Shown here: piece by piece, positions 30,893-40,500 of the stretch
How positions within the stretch are numbered: the first letter of the stretch is position 1
Layout: each line of letters opens with the position of its first letter
The notes under the pieces: model-generated
Told to the model about the DNA's origin: nothing
Seen by the model: the letters and a program-made list of their open reading frames with translations, nothing else
The model's database searches: none
Source: Gemmatimonadota bacterium
GTDB taxonomy: Bacteria; Gemmatimonadota; Gemmatimonadetes; Gemmatimonadales; JACORV01
Direction of reading: 5' to 3'
DNA: 64,000 bases
Assembly: GCA_041476105.1 (NCBI GenBank)
Contig: JBGOSS010000006.1
Coordinates: 1,099 to 65,098, forward strand
Program-made: the position numbers and the translations under genes

Positions 30893-33856
30893 ATGTCAGA
30901 CACCACGCGCTGCCCGAGCTGCGGTCACCCGCCCTCGGCGGCGGACGTCTTCTGCCCGCGCTGCGGTGCGTCGTTGCCCGGCTCACGCACCGCGCCGGAA
31001 GCCGCGCCGGGCCAGGGTCCGGAAGGCGACGCGCCCGATCCACTCGCCGAGCTGTTGCGGACGGCGCTTCAGCCCTCGTTCCTGCTGGTCCGACGCCTCG
31101 GCATCGGCGGCATGGGGAGCGTCTATCTGGCGCGCGAGCCTTCCCTCCGCCGCCTGGTGGCCGTGAAGGTGCTGGCGCCCGACCTGGCCGCCAACGCCGC
31201 CTATCGCACGCGGTTCGAACGCGAGGCGCAGGCGGTGGCCGGCTTCTCACACCCCAACGTGGTGGCGATTCACGGCGTGGGCGAGCTCGGTGACGGCACA
31301 CCGTATTTCGTGATGCAGTACGTGAGCGGCCGCAGCCTGGCCGCGCGGATCGATGCCGAGGGGCCGCTCGAGGTGGACGAGGCCCGGCGCATCACGGGTG
31401 AAGTGGCGTCGGCGCTCGCCGCGGCGCACGCGAAGGGCATCATCCACCGCGACATCAAGCCGGCCAACATTCTCTACGACGACGAATCGGGACGGGCACT
31501 GGTCTCGGACTTCGGCATCGCGGCGGTGATCAGCGGCGCGCCGGGAGTCGCCGACACCCGGCTCACCCAGACCGGCATGGCCATCGGGACGCCGCAGTAC
31601 ATGAGTCCCGAGCAGCTGCTGAGCGAGGCGCCGACCGATCGCACCGACGTCTATGCGCTGGGCCTGCTGGGCTACGAGATGGTGAGCGGCAGCGGTCCGT
31701 TCGCCGCGACTTCGCCGCAGGAGCTCATCGCCGCTCACCTGCGCGACACGCCCAAGGCGCTCTCGCGGGTCCGTCCGGACATGGACCCGGAATTCGAGCG
31801 ACTGGTCGCCGCGTGTCTCGACAAGGATCCGAAGCGCCGGCCCTCTGCGGCCGACGTGGCGCGGCGGCTGGCGCCCGGAGTGGGGGCGTTACTCGAGTGG
31901 CCCCCGCCGGGACTCGATGGGCTCCACGGCGGCCTGCGCCGTATCGGCATGCTGTTCTGGCTCGGCGGCGCCCTGCTGTCGGTGTGTCTGGTCGGTTTCG
32001 TGGCGCTCGGCCCACGCTTGGCCACGGACGTGTCGGCTGGAACGCTGTTCCTCATCATTTGCGCCGCAGGGGCGACGGTGGTGTCGGCAGGGGGCGCAGC
32101 GCGCCTGGCACGCACTGCTCGCGCCGCCTCGGCCGCGGTGCGTCGCGGCTACACCTGGCTGACGCTGGCCGAGACGATGGCCGACGCGCGGGGCGACACC
32201 GGCGCCCTGGTTGCCGGCGTGCGGGAGTACTCGTCCCTCGACGAGACGGCGCGCGGACACCTGCGGCGTGCGCGCATGATCCGCGAAGCGCTGGTGTTCG
32301 CCGGCGGCATCCTGCCGTTGCTGATCGTGCTTCCACTGTTGTGGCTCGCAGCGACGGGGGTGGCCGGCGCGCGGTCGGCGCCGTTCATCCTGCTCGCCCC
32401 CTCCGTGGCCGCATTGCTCGGGGCCGCGGTGCTCGAACGGCACGAAGGTCGTGCCGTGGCCGGCGCCCGGGCAGCGCTGGCGCGGCGGCGGCACCGCCGC
32501 GACGATACCGGACGGCTCATCGAGCCATGGTACGCCTCGTTCGACTCGGTGCGCGGCGAACAGGCGCTTGGGCGCGGCCGTCCCGGTCGCTCGCGCCTCG
32601 GCGGGGCCGGCGCGCTCGCGCTGGCCGCCATCGTGCTGGTCGGGCTGGTGGTGCTGCTGCCGCTGTGGTCGCTCGCGGCGCTGGGTCCTGGCCTGCTGAG
32701 CGCCATGCTACGGCCGGGGTCCGGCACCCCGTTGAAGGCGCGCATGGCCGAGTTCACGCGCCCGTACGTCCTGCCGCCGGATTCGTCCATCACGCCGCGC
32801 GCGGCGGGCGAGGCGTTGTACGTCCTCTCGATGGCAGGCCAAGCTCCGTCGTCCATGCCCTACGACCGCCCGCGCCCGCGACAACTGGACACGCTGCCTC
32901 ACCTGCAGGATGACCGGCTGTTCGGGCCGAGGCCAGCCTGGTCTGGACCGAACATGATGACCGTGCTGGACATTGCCGCACGCGGACTCACAGCGGAGCA
33001 ACGCCGCTACCTGGAGACGCTGGCGGCACATCCGATGTGGAGGGAGTTCACCACCGTCGCCCGGGCGCCGAAGATGGACTACCTCGGCGCTCGGTTCGTG
33101 GTGCCGTTCCCGGCCGGAACCAGGGTGGAGGCGCTGCCCCTCATCCTGCGCTTCGCGGCTACCAAGGAAGTGGCGTACGCCAACACGTCGCGCGCCGCAC
33201 TGGCCCTGGCCAACGGCCGCCCCGCAGATGCCGAGCGAATGCTTCGCGAGACCATTTCGTTCGGCTTCCGGATCGTCGATGATGCCACGACGACGTTCGA
33301 ACAGCTTGTCGGGGTGGTGATCGTGGGGATCGGTCGTGACGGGCTGCTCAAGCTCTACACCACCACGCACCGGCCCGAGGCCGCCCTCCTCCAAGCGCGC
33401 GTCGATTCGCTCCGGGCGATGGGGGAGGCCGGGTCGGATGATTCCGTCGCGGCCGGCCGGCGGGGCAGGACCGTCCGCGAGCGGATTCTAGCGACCGCGT
33501 CGGATCCCGGTGAACGCAAGGCGCTTCGGTTCGAAATGCTCTACGCCACCGTCGCCGTCACCTGCTCCAATGCCCGGGAATTGCTGTTCGGCCCCGCCGC
33601 CGACGTGGACAGCGCCTTCAGCCGGGTGCGCCGCGACGTGGCCCGGTTCGCCTCGGACTCGGCGTTCATCGACCTGATCGAGGCCCGGACGCGGCAAGGC
33701 CCGCCGCCCGGGATCGCTGTCGGGGCTGGTGTCCGGCTCGGCCTGGCGCGCTCCCTGGTCCTCGGCCTGGCTCACTCGTTAGGTGCGCTGGCGGGCAACC
33801 CCCGCATTGGCGGCTGCGCGGAGCTGGGCCTCATCCTCTCGGCGCCCTCGCCCTGA
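30893..33856 (+). CDS. Ser/Thr protein kinase with N-terminal zinc-ribbon and long polytopic/uncharacterised C-terminal region
   Basis: ATG 30893 (the track start 30881 is a TTG). CPSCGH...CPRCG zinc ribbon. GIGGMGSVYLA, VAVK, HRDIKPANILY, DFGIA, GTPQYMSPEQ. Then several hydrophobic helices and about 450 aa with no recognised motif. Confidence 0.85.
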   Translation: MSDTTRCPSCGHPPSAADVFCPRCGASLPGSRTAPEAAPGQGPEGDAPDPLAELLRTALQPSFLLVRRLGIGGMGSVYLAREPSLRRLVAVKVLAPDLAANAAYRTRFEREAQAVAGFSHPNVVAIHGVGELGDGTPYFVMQYVSGRSLAARIDAEGPLEVDEARRITGEVASALAAAHAKGIIHRDIKPANILYDDESGRALVSDFGIAAVISGAPGVADTRLTQTGMAIGTPQYMSPEQLLSEAPTDRTDVYALGLLGYEMVSGSGPFAATSPQELIAAHLRDTPKALSRVRPDMDPEFERLVAACLDKDPKRRPSAADVARRLAPGVGALLEWPPPGLDGLHGGLRRIGMLFWLGGALLSVCLVGFVALGPRLATDVSAGTLFLIICAAGATVVSAGGAARLARTARAASAAVRRGYTWLTLAETMADARGDTGALVAGVREYSSLDETARGHLRRARMIREALVFAGGILPLLIVLPLLWLAATGVAGARSAPFILLAPSVAALLGAAVLERHEGRAVAGARAALARRRHRRDDTGRLIEPWYASFDSVRGEQALGRGRPGRSRLGGAGALALAAIVLVGLVVLLPLWSLAALGPGLLSAMLRPGSGTPLKARMAEFTRPYVLPPDSSITPRAAGEALYVLSMAGQAPSSMPYDRPRPRQLDTLPHLQDDRLFGPRPAWSGPNMMTVLDIAARGLTAEQRRYLETLAAHPMWREFTTVARAPKMDYLGARFVVPFPAGTRVEALPLILRFAATKEVAYANTSRAALALANGRPADAERMLRETISFGFRIVDDATTTFEQLVGVVIVGIGRDGLLKLYTTTHRPEAALLQARVDSLRAMGEAGSDDSVAAGRRGRTVRERILATASDPGERKALRFEMLYATVAVTCSNARELLFGPAADVDSAFSRVRRDVARFASDSAFIDLIEARTRQGPPPGIAVGAGVRLGLARSLVLGLAHSLGALAGNPRIGGCAELGLILSAPSP

Positions 33857-33877
33857 TCCCGCGGGGCTCAACGGCTC

Positions 33878-33901
33878 GAGCCGCTGGGCCGGGAGCGGCT
33901 C
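33878..33901 (+). terminator. Hairpin 22 nt after the kinase stop (weak terminator candidate)
   Basis: GAGCCGCT-GGGCCGGG-AGCGGCTC perfect 8-bp stem using the same AGCGGCT/AGCCGCT core as the 105-nt element. No U-tract follows. Confidence 0.3.
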
Positions 33902-34022
33902 AGGCGGCTGTTGACCGGGAACCCGCTCTCTAGTACCGTGTGCCGACCCCAGCCCGGCCACCGACACGACCACACCGCAACTCGAAGATCCACCCCAGGG
34001 CCCCGGCACCAGCCGCAAGTCG

Positions 34023-35000
34023 ATGGAGCTGGTGCGCCGCCTCTACGAGCGGATGCGCTGGTTCACGCGGCTCTACCGCGCGTTGGCGGTGGTGGCCGTG
34101 CTCGCGGCGGCCGGGTTCGGGGTCCGCCTCTACTACCTCAATCGCCGCATCGAATCCATCCGCCGCCAGGCCGCCGACGTTTTCTACCAGATGAAAGCGC
34201 TCGAGCTCCAGGTGGCCCGCCTGAGCACCGACGCCCCCGAACGCCTGGAGTACCGCCAGCGGCGCGCCGGCCTAGAGTCGGTGTACGCGGAGTGGCTCAA
34301 CCAGCTCGACGAGACCAGCAGCGCCCACGCCGATGAGCGCGCGATCCGCGCCGCCGCCGCCCGCCTCGGCGAGGCCCCGGTGCTGGTCAGCGACGCCTTC
34401 ATCGCCGACGTCCGCGCGCGTATCGCGCAGTGGCGACGCACGCCCGACTTCGCCAACGCGGTGCGCGCGGCGGCGGAGAACCGGTATCCGGCGCGCATCG
34501 AGTCGACGCTGGTCGCCAACAGCCTGCCCCCGGACCTGGTGTGGCTCGCCTTCCAGGAGAGCCGCTTCCTTCCCAGGGCGGTGGGGCCGCCCACCCGCTT
34601 CGGCATCGCCAAGGGGATGTGGCAGCTGATGCCGGAAACCGCCCGGCAGTACGGGCTGCGCGTCGGTCCGCTGGTGGGCCAGCCGCGCTACGACCCGGCC
34701 GACCAGCGCCACGACGTGAACCGCGCCACGGCCGCCGCGGTGCGCTACGTCGGCGACCTCTACCTGCTCGATGCCCAGGGCTCCGGCCTGCTGGTGATGG
34801 CGAGCTACAACGCGGGCCAGACGCGGGTGTTGCGCCTGTTGCGTTCGCTCCCGGCGTCGCCGCGCGAGCGCAACTTCTGGCAGCTGCTGGAGCATCACCG
34901 CGACGAGATCCCCGACGAGACCTACGGCTACGTCGTCGGCATCGTGGCCGCGGCGGCGGTTGCCGCCGAACCGGAGGCCTTTGGCCTGGCCGCGCCGTAA
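34023..35000 (+). CDS. Membrane-anchored lytic transglycosylase (SLT domain)
   Basis: N-terminal TM helix (ALAVVAVLAAAGF), a coiled-coil region, then LVWLAFQESRFLPRAV...GIAKGMWQLMPETARQYGL (catalytic Glu-Ser and the GLMQ-like motif) and MASYNAG. Confidence 0.8.
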   Translation: MELVRRLYERMRWFTRLYRALAVVAVLAAAGFGVRLYYLNRRIESIRRQAADVFYQMKALELQVARLSTDAPERLEYRQRRAGLESVYAEWLNQLDETSSAHADERAIRAAAARLGEAPVLVSDAFIADVRARIAQWRRTPDFANAVRAAAENRYPARIESTLVANSLPPDLVWLAFQESRFLPRAVGPPTRFGIAKGMWQLMPETARQYGLRVGPLVGQPRYDPADQRHDVNRATAAAVRYVGDLYLLDAQGSGLLVMASYNAGQTRVLRLLRSLPASPRERNFWQLLEHHRDEIPDETYGYVVGIVAAAAVAAEPEAFGLAAP

Positions 35001-35045
35001 GGGCGCTGCTTGCCAACCGGCATCCTGCCGGACGACGTTACGCGC

Positions 35046-35720
35046 ATGGCCAAGGCCGCGCTCCGGCAGCTGACCCCGATCATTCTCGCGCTGATCGTCG
35101 CCGCTCCCGCCGGCGCGGCGGCGCAGGCGCGCTGGTCCGCCGCCCCCGGGCTCCACCTGGCCGGACCACTGGGCCGGATGCGCGGTTATTTCGGTGGCGG
35201 CGCCGGCTTCGGCATGGCGTTGCGGCGCGGCGAGGGGCGCGTTGCCCTGCGCACCGAGGCGAGCTGGACGCATTTCCGCGCGCGCACCGTCTCCCGGCCC
35301 TTGAACGGCGCCGGTCCGTCGATCGGCATCACCTCGACCGCGAACATCTTCCTGCTCCTGGCCGGGCCGGAGGCCGCCATCCGGGTCGGGCGCTTTCACC
35401 TCGCGCTTGGCGCGGAAGCCGGCGGGACGCACCTGCTCTCCACCGGGTCCACGATCCTCCCCGGTGATCCGGCGCAGGTCGACCGGTCGAACACCTACGC
35501 CACCCTGACCTGGTCGGCGGCGGCGCACGCCTCGGTGCGCACCCGCCTCGCGGCCCGGATGGACCTGGCGATCGACGTGGAAGCGGTGCAGGTGGGGCGG
35601 TCCGACTTTCTGCGCGAGTACAACCTGCCGATCGGTGTGATCTCGGGGATCTATCTCCACCCGACCCCCTACGCGCCGGCGCTCGCCACCGCCCGCCTCT
35701 CTCTCCTCTTCCCGCTGTAG
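35046..35720 (+). CDS. Hypothetical secreted protein, possible small outer-membrane beta-barrel
   Basis: ATG 35046. Signal LTPIILALIVAAPAGAAAQ. Alternating hydrophobic pattern throughout and C-terminus ARLSLLFPL. No family assigned. Confidence 0.5.
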   Translation: MAKAALRQLTPIILALIVAAPAGAAAQARWSAAPGLHLAGPLGRMRGYFGGGAGFGMALRRGEGRVALRTEASWTHFRARTVSRPLNGAGPSIGITSTANIFLLLAGPEAAIRVGRFHLALGAEAGGTHLLSTGSTILPGDPAQVDRSNTYATLTWSAAAHASVRTRLAARMDLAIDVEAVQVGRSDFLREYNLPIGVISGIYLHPTPYAPALATARLSLLFPL

Positions 35721-35730
35721 CCGCCGCACC

Positions 35731-37191
35731 GTGACTCCGGCCCCCGGCCTCTCCAAGTCGCGCTTCATGGCGGGCTGCAAGTGCTCCAAGTACCTCTGGC
35801 TCAAGGTCCACGAGCCCGACGCCGACGAGCTGGTGGTCAACGAGCGGGTCCGGGACCTCTTCGAGCAGGGGCACCAGGTCGGCGCGCTGGCCCGGCAGCG
35901 CTTTCCGGACGGCGTCCTGATCGACCTCGACTACGACGACCCTCGGCGAGGGGATCGCACCCGTGAACTCATGGCCGCCGGCACCATCGCCATCTTCGAA
36001 GCGTCGCTCGCCGCCGACGGCATCGCCGTCGCGATCGACGTTCTCCTGCGGGAGCCCCACGGCTTCACCCTCATCGAGGTGAAGTCGGGGAGCGATCCCA
36101 AGGAGAAGTACATCCTCGATGCCGCCTTTCAGACCTACATCGCCCGGCGGGCCGGCGTCCCCATCGAGCGCGTCGAGATCATGCATCTCAACGGCGACTA
36201 CCTGCACCCGGGGCCGCTCGACCTCCTGGTGCGCACCGACGTCACCGCCGACGTCGAGGCACTGCAACCCCTGATGCCCGCCCGGATCGCCGAGCAGCGC
36301 GCCGTCCTCGCCGGCTCGCAACCGGAGGTTCCCATCGGCCAGCACTGCCGGGAACCCGACGAGTGCCCATTCATGGGGCGCTGCTGGCCCGACCAGGCCG
36401 ACGGCGTGCTGCGCATCCACGGGCTCCTGTTCGAGAAGCGCTTCGCGCTCTTCCACGGCGGCGTGGCGTCCATCGCGGCGCTCCCGGCGGCCTACAAGCT
36501 CAACGAGGTGCAGCAGCGGCAGCGCCGCTCGATCGAGCGCGCGGGCCTGGTCGTCGAGCCTTCGCTGCGCGAGGCGCTCGCGCCCTACGGCGGCCGGCTC
36601 GGCTTCCTCGACTTCGAGTCGGTGTCGCGCGCGGTGCCCCGCTGGGAGGGCACCAAGCCCTGGCAGAACGTCGGCGTGCAGTTCAGCTACCACGAGCTCC
36701 AGCCCGACGGCACCTACCGGCACGACGAGTACCTCGCGCCGAGCGACTGCGATCCCCGCGAGGAGATCGCCGCCCGGCTGGTCGAGACGACCAGCACCGC
36801 GGACCAGGTGGTGATGTACACGCCGTTCGAGAAGACCCAGATCCGGCTCATGAAGACGTTCGTGCCCGCCCTCGCCGGCGAGCTGGATGCGCTCGAGGCC
36901 CGGCTCCTCGACTTGAAGCAGGTGGTGCACCGCAACGTCTACCACCCGGCCTTCGGGGGCAGCTTCAGCATCAAGGACGTGCTGCCGGCCCTCACCGGCA
37001 TCACCTACAAGGACACCGTCACCATCGCCGACGGCCAGGAAGCCTCGGTGAAGCTGGCCCGGTTGCTCTTCTACGCCTACGAGATGACGGAGGCCCAGCG
37101 GGCGGCCCTCAAGGCGGAGCTGCTCGCCTACTGCAAGCAGGACACCTGGGCGATGGTGAAGCTCCTCGAACGACTCCAGCAGATGACGTAG
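35731..37191 (+). CDS. DUF2779-like protein (Cas4/PD-(D/E)XK-type nuclease N-domain with Cys cluster + C-terminal exonuclease-like domain)
   Basis: GTG start. LSKSRFMAGCKCSKYLWL..., IFEAS...IDVL...LIEVKSG (D/E-x-K-like core), CREPDECPFMGRC Cys cluster. The C-terminal half has FLDFESVS...QFSYHE...YCKQDTWAMV. Confidence 0.75.
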   Translation: MTPAPGLSKSRFMAGCKCSKYLWLKVHEPDADELVVNERVRDLFEQGHQVGALARQRFPDGVLIDLDYDDPRRGDRTRELMAAGTIAIFEASLAADGIAVAIDVLLREPHGFTLIEVKSGSDPKEKYILDAAFQTYIARRAGVPIERVEIMHLNGDYLHPGPLDLLVRTDVTADVEALQPLMPARIAEQRAVLAGSQPEVPIGQHCREPDECPFMGRCWPDQADGVLRIHGLLFEKRFALFHGGVASIAALPAAYKLNEVQQRQRRSIERAGLVVEPSLREALAPYGGRLGFLDFESVSRAVPRWEGTKPWQNVGVQFSYHELQPDGTYRHDEYLAPSDCDPREEIAARLVETTSTADQVVMYTPFEKTQIRLMKTFVPALAGELDALEARLLDLKQVVHRNVYHPAFGGSFSIKDVLPALTGITYKDTVTIADGQEASVKLARLLFYAYEMTEAQRAALKAELLAYCKQDTWAMVKLLERLQQMT

Positions 37192-37198
37192 GCTTCGG

Positions 37199-37930
37199 TC
37201 AGGACCCGAGGCTCCGCAGGTCCTTCGCCCGGTTCCGGCTGACCGGGAGCCGCGCACCGTCGTCGAGCTCGGCGACCAACCGCCCCGTGGCCACCCGCCG
37301 GAACGCCGTGACGTGGTCGAGATTGACGATGTGGGTCCGGTGGATGCGCACGAAGCGCGCCGGATCCAGCCGCGCCTCGAGGCGGTTCAGCGAGAGGTGC
37401 AGCACGTGCTTCGAGCGGCCGGCGTGGGCCGCGACGTAGTCGCCGCGCGCCTCGAACCACGATACCCCCGACACCGCGACCGGGATGACGGCCCCGCCGG
37501 AGCGCACGAAGAGGCGGCTCATCGGTCCACTGCCCAGCGCTTCGCGCAGCCGGTCGAAGGCCGGCGCGCCGGCGGGCTCGCCGAGGGTGGACCGGACGCG
37601 TTCCAGCGCCGTCTGCAGGCGTCCCGGCCCGAAGGGCTTCAGCAGGTAGTCGAGTGCCCCGAGCTCGAAGGCCGTGACGGCGTGCTGGGCGTACGCGGTC
37701 GTGAAGACCACGATCGGCTGGTGCGTCGTGTGCTTCAGCACGTCGGTGCCGAGGATGCCTGGCATCTGGATGTCGAGAAACACCAGCTCGGGGCGCAACC
37801 GGTTGATGCCTTCCACCGCGGCGCGGCCGCTCGCCGCCTCGCCCACGCAGGTCACCCACGCGACCTCGGCGAGCATGTCGCGCAGTCCCTGCCGCGCCAC
37901 CGGCTCGTCGTCGGCGATCAGGACCGTCAC
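37199..37930 (-). CDS. LytR/AlgR-family response regulator (receiver + LytTR DNA-binding domain)
   Basis: MTVLIADDEPVARQGL..., VFLDIQMPG, YLLKP. The C-terminal LytTR domain has RIHRTHIVNLDHV. Confidence 0.9.
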   Translation of the reverse strand: MTVLIADDEPVARQGLRDMLAEVAWVTCVGEAASGRAAVEGINRLRPELVFLDIQMPGILGTDVLKHTTHQPIVVFTTAYAQHAVTAFELGALDYLLKPFGPGRLQTALERVRSTLGEPAGAPAFDRLREALGSGPMSRLFVRSGGAVIPVAVSGVSWFEARGDYVAAHAGRSKHVLHLSLNRLEARLDPARFVRIHRTHIVNLDHVTAFRRVATGRLVAELDDGARLPVSRNRAKDLRSLGS

Positions 37931-37944
37931 CCGCGCGCCGTCGC

Positions 37945-39033
37945 TCAGGACTCGCCTCCCTCCGCCGGCGAGCGCGGGATCACCAGCGTGGCGGTGAAGC
38001 CACCCTGCGCGCCGGTCTCGAGGTCGAGCCGGGCGCGCGCGCCGTACAGCACGGCCAGGCGCTCCCGCAGCCGCTGGAGGCCGGTGCCGCTTCCTCCGGC
38101 CATGGCCTCCGGGCTCGCCCCGGCGCCGGTGTCGTGCACCGACAGGATGAGCTGGTCGGCGGTCACGCGACCGGCAACGGTGATGGTGGTGGGCTCCTCA
38201 CGCGGGGCCGCGCCGTGGCGCACCGCGTTTTCGACCAGGGCCTGGAGCGCGAAGCAGGGCAGCGACGCGCCCGCGGCGTCCGGCGTGACCTCGACTTTGA
38301 CCTGCAGCCGGTCGCCGAACCGGATGCGCTCGATGTCGAGGTACCGCTCGACGAAGGCGCACTCCTCGGCCAGCGGCACGACGTCCCGGTCTTCTTCGAT
38401 GGTGGTGCGCAGCACCCCCGCGATCTGCTCGGCCGCCTCGGCCGCCTGGCGCGGCGCGCGCGGGATCAGCTGCACCACGGTGTGCAGGGCGTTGAAGAGG
38501 AAGTGCGGATTCAGCTGGGATCGCAGCGCGGCCAGCTGCGAGCGCGCCGCCATCGCTTCGGCACGCGCCGCGCGCTCCGTCGCCCGGCTTGCATACGACA
38601 CCCCGGCGACCATGATGTAGAACCAGACGCCGAGAACGAGGAAGGGGATGGCGCCGACGCCGGCAATGAACGGTCCGTGTCCATGGGCGACGTGCTCGAC
38701 CACCACGAGGAGGTGCATCCAGGCTGCGGCGTACGCCACGGCCGCAACCAGGTGCACGGCGACGAAGCCGGCGCGAAGCGGGTGGGGCCAGGCCAGGCGG
38801 TCGATCAGGCGCTGGACGAGAAGGCCCAGCAGCGCCGCGACCGCGATCGCCCGCAGCGCGCTGAAGGCGGCCTGGGCGAGCGTGGTGTTCGGGTGGGCGG
38901 TGACGATGAGGGTCCCGTACAGCGCCCACACCGGCAGCCACCCGATAATGAGCTGGAGCCAGACCCAGCGCCGCGGCATCCGGGGAAAGCTTCCGCCGGG
39001 GCGCGCCGGGGCAAGGGGCCTGGCCGGCTGCAT
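37945..39033 (-). CDS. LytS/YehU-type sensor histidine kinase
   Basis: Several N-terminal TM helices. His_kinase motif QLNPHFLFNALHTV. HATPase region ALVENAVRHG...DTGAG...GTGLQRLRERL. The ATG at 39033 overlaps the upstream stop (TGATG). Confidence 0.85.
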   Translation of the reverse strand: MQPARPLAPARPGGSFPRMPRRWVWLQLIIGWLPVWALYGTLIVTAHPNTTLAQAAFSALRAIAVAALLGLLVQRLIDRLAWPHPLRAGFVAVHLVAAVAYAAAWMHLLVVVEHVAHGHGPFIAGVGAIPFLVLGVWFYIMVAGVSYASRATERAARAEAMAARSQLAALRSQLNPHFLFNALHTVVQLIPRAPRQAAEAAEQIAGVLRTTIEEDRDVVPLAEECAFVERYLDIERIRFGDRLQVKVEVTPDAAGASLPCFALQALVENAVRHGAAPREEPTTITVAGRVTADQLILSVHDTGAGASPEAMAGGSGTGLQRLRERLAVLYGARARLDLETGAQGGFTATLVIPRSPAEGGES

Positions 39034-39629
39034 CAACGCGGCGCGGTGGCGGCGACGCGGCGCGCCTCGATCCGGAGCGTGGGCTCGGCCCAGGTGCGGC
39101 CCTCATCGTAGGATCGCTCCTGCTGCATCTTGAAGGTGGTCGGCGTGATGTCGGTGAGCCGGGTCCGCTGCATGTAGCCCTTGCCTTCCTGGTCCGTCCC
39201 CTGCGAGCTGACCGTCACCTGGTTGCCTTGCCATTCGGCCGTGGCCGTCGTGAAGCGCGACCGGAAGACGTCGAGCGTGGAGATGTTCCAGTGCCGCGCC
39301 GCCGGATCGTATACCCGTACCGCGTGCGTGAGGGCGCGGGTGTTGCCGTCGTGATCCACCACGCGCAGCTCGTCTTCGATCCCCCAGCCATCGAACCCGC
39401 GCCAGGCCTTCCACGTTCCTTCGAGCGTCGGCGACCCGTGGATGCGCGCCGCGAGGCCCGGGACCTGGGGCCGCACGACCAGCTCCCACTGCCCGATGAG
39501 GAAGTCGTACTGCGTCGCTTCGCGCGGCGCTACGGCCAACGTCGGTCCGCCGACGCCCCCGTGCTGGGCGAGAGCGGCCCGGGGGACCGCCAGGAGCGCG
39601 AGGAGCGCGAGAGTGTATCGAGTCGTCAT
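39033..39629 (-). CDS. Secreted hypothetical protein, first gene of the LytS/LytTR operon
   Basis: Signal MTTRYTLALLALLAVPRAALAQ. Beta-rich body (YDFLIGQWELVV...GTWKAWRGFDGWGIEDE...) resembles a lipocalin/DUF1579-like fold, but this is not confirmed. Confidence 0.6.
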   Translation of the reverse strand: MTTRYTLALLALLAVPRAALAQHGGVGGPTLAVAPREATQYDFLIGQWELVVRPQVPGLAARIHGSPTLEGTWKAWRGFDGWGIEDELRVVDHDGNTRALTHAVRVYDPAARHWNISTLDVFRSRFTTATAEWQGNQVTVSSQGTDQEGKGYMQRTRLTDITPTTFKMQQERSYDEGRTWAEPTLRIEARRVAATAPR

Positions 39630-39783
39630 GCTGCCTCCAGTGAGGGGGAACTGCTCTCACTGTCTACACGGTTTCGCCTCCCGGCACAGCGGAATCGGCC
39701 GGCTTTTCGCCCAGCGGTATCGCGGGACGGCTGAACGGCGCGCCGGCCCGTAGCGTGCGGGCCGCGCCGGCCTACGTTGCGTC

Positions 39784-40492
<709 letters not shown>

Positions 40493-40500
<8 letters not shown>

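Noticed and set aside
28509-31301. 930-aa ORF on the - strand
   Set aside because: It is antisense to the S8/PKD protease and the start of the kinase gene. The translation is a repetitive Arg/Gly/Ala string that mirrors the PKD repeats, with no credible start context.
35329-37257. 642-aa ORF on the - strand
   Set aside because: It is antisense to the DUF2779-like gene. The translation is low-complexity.
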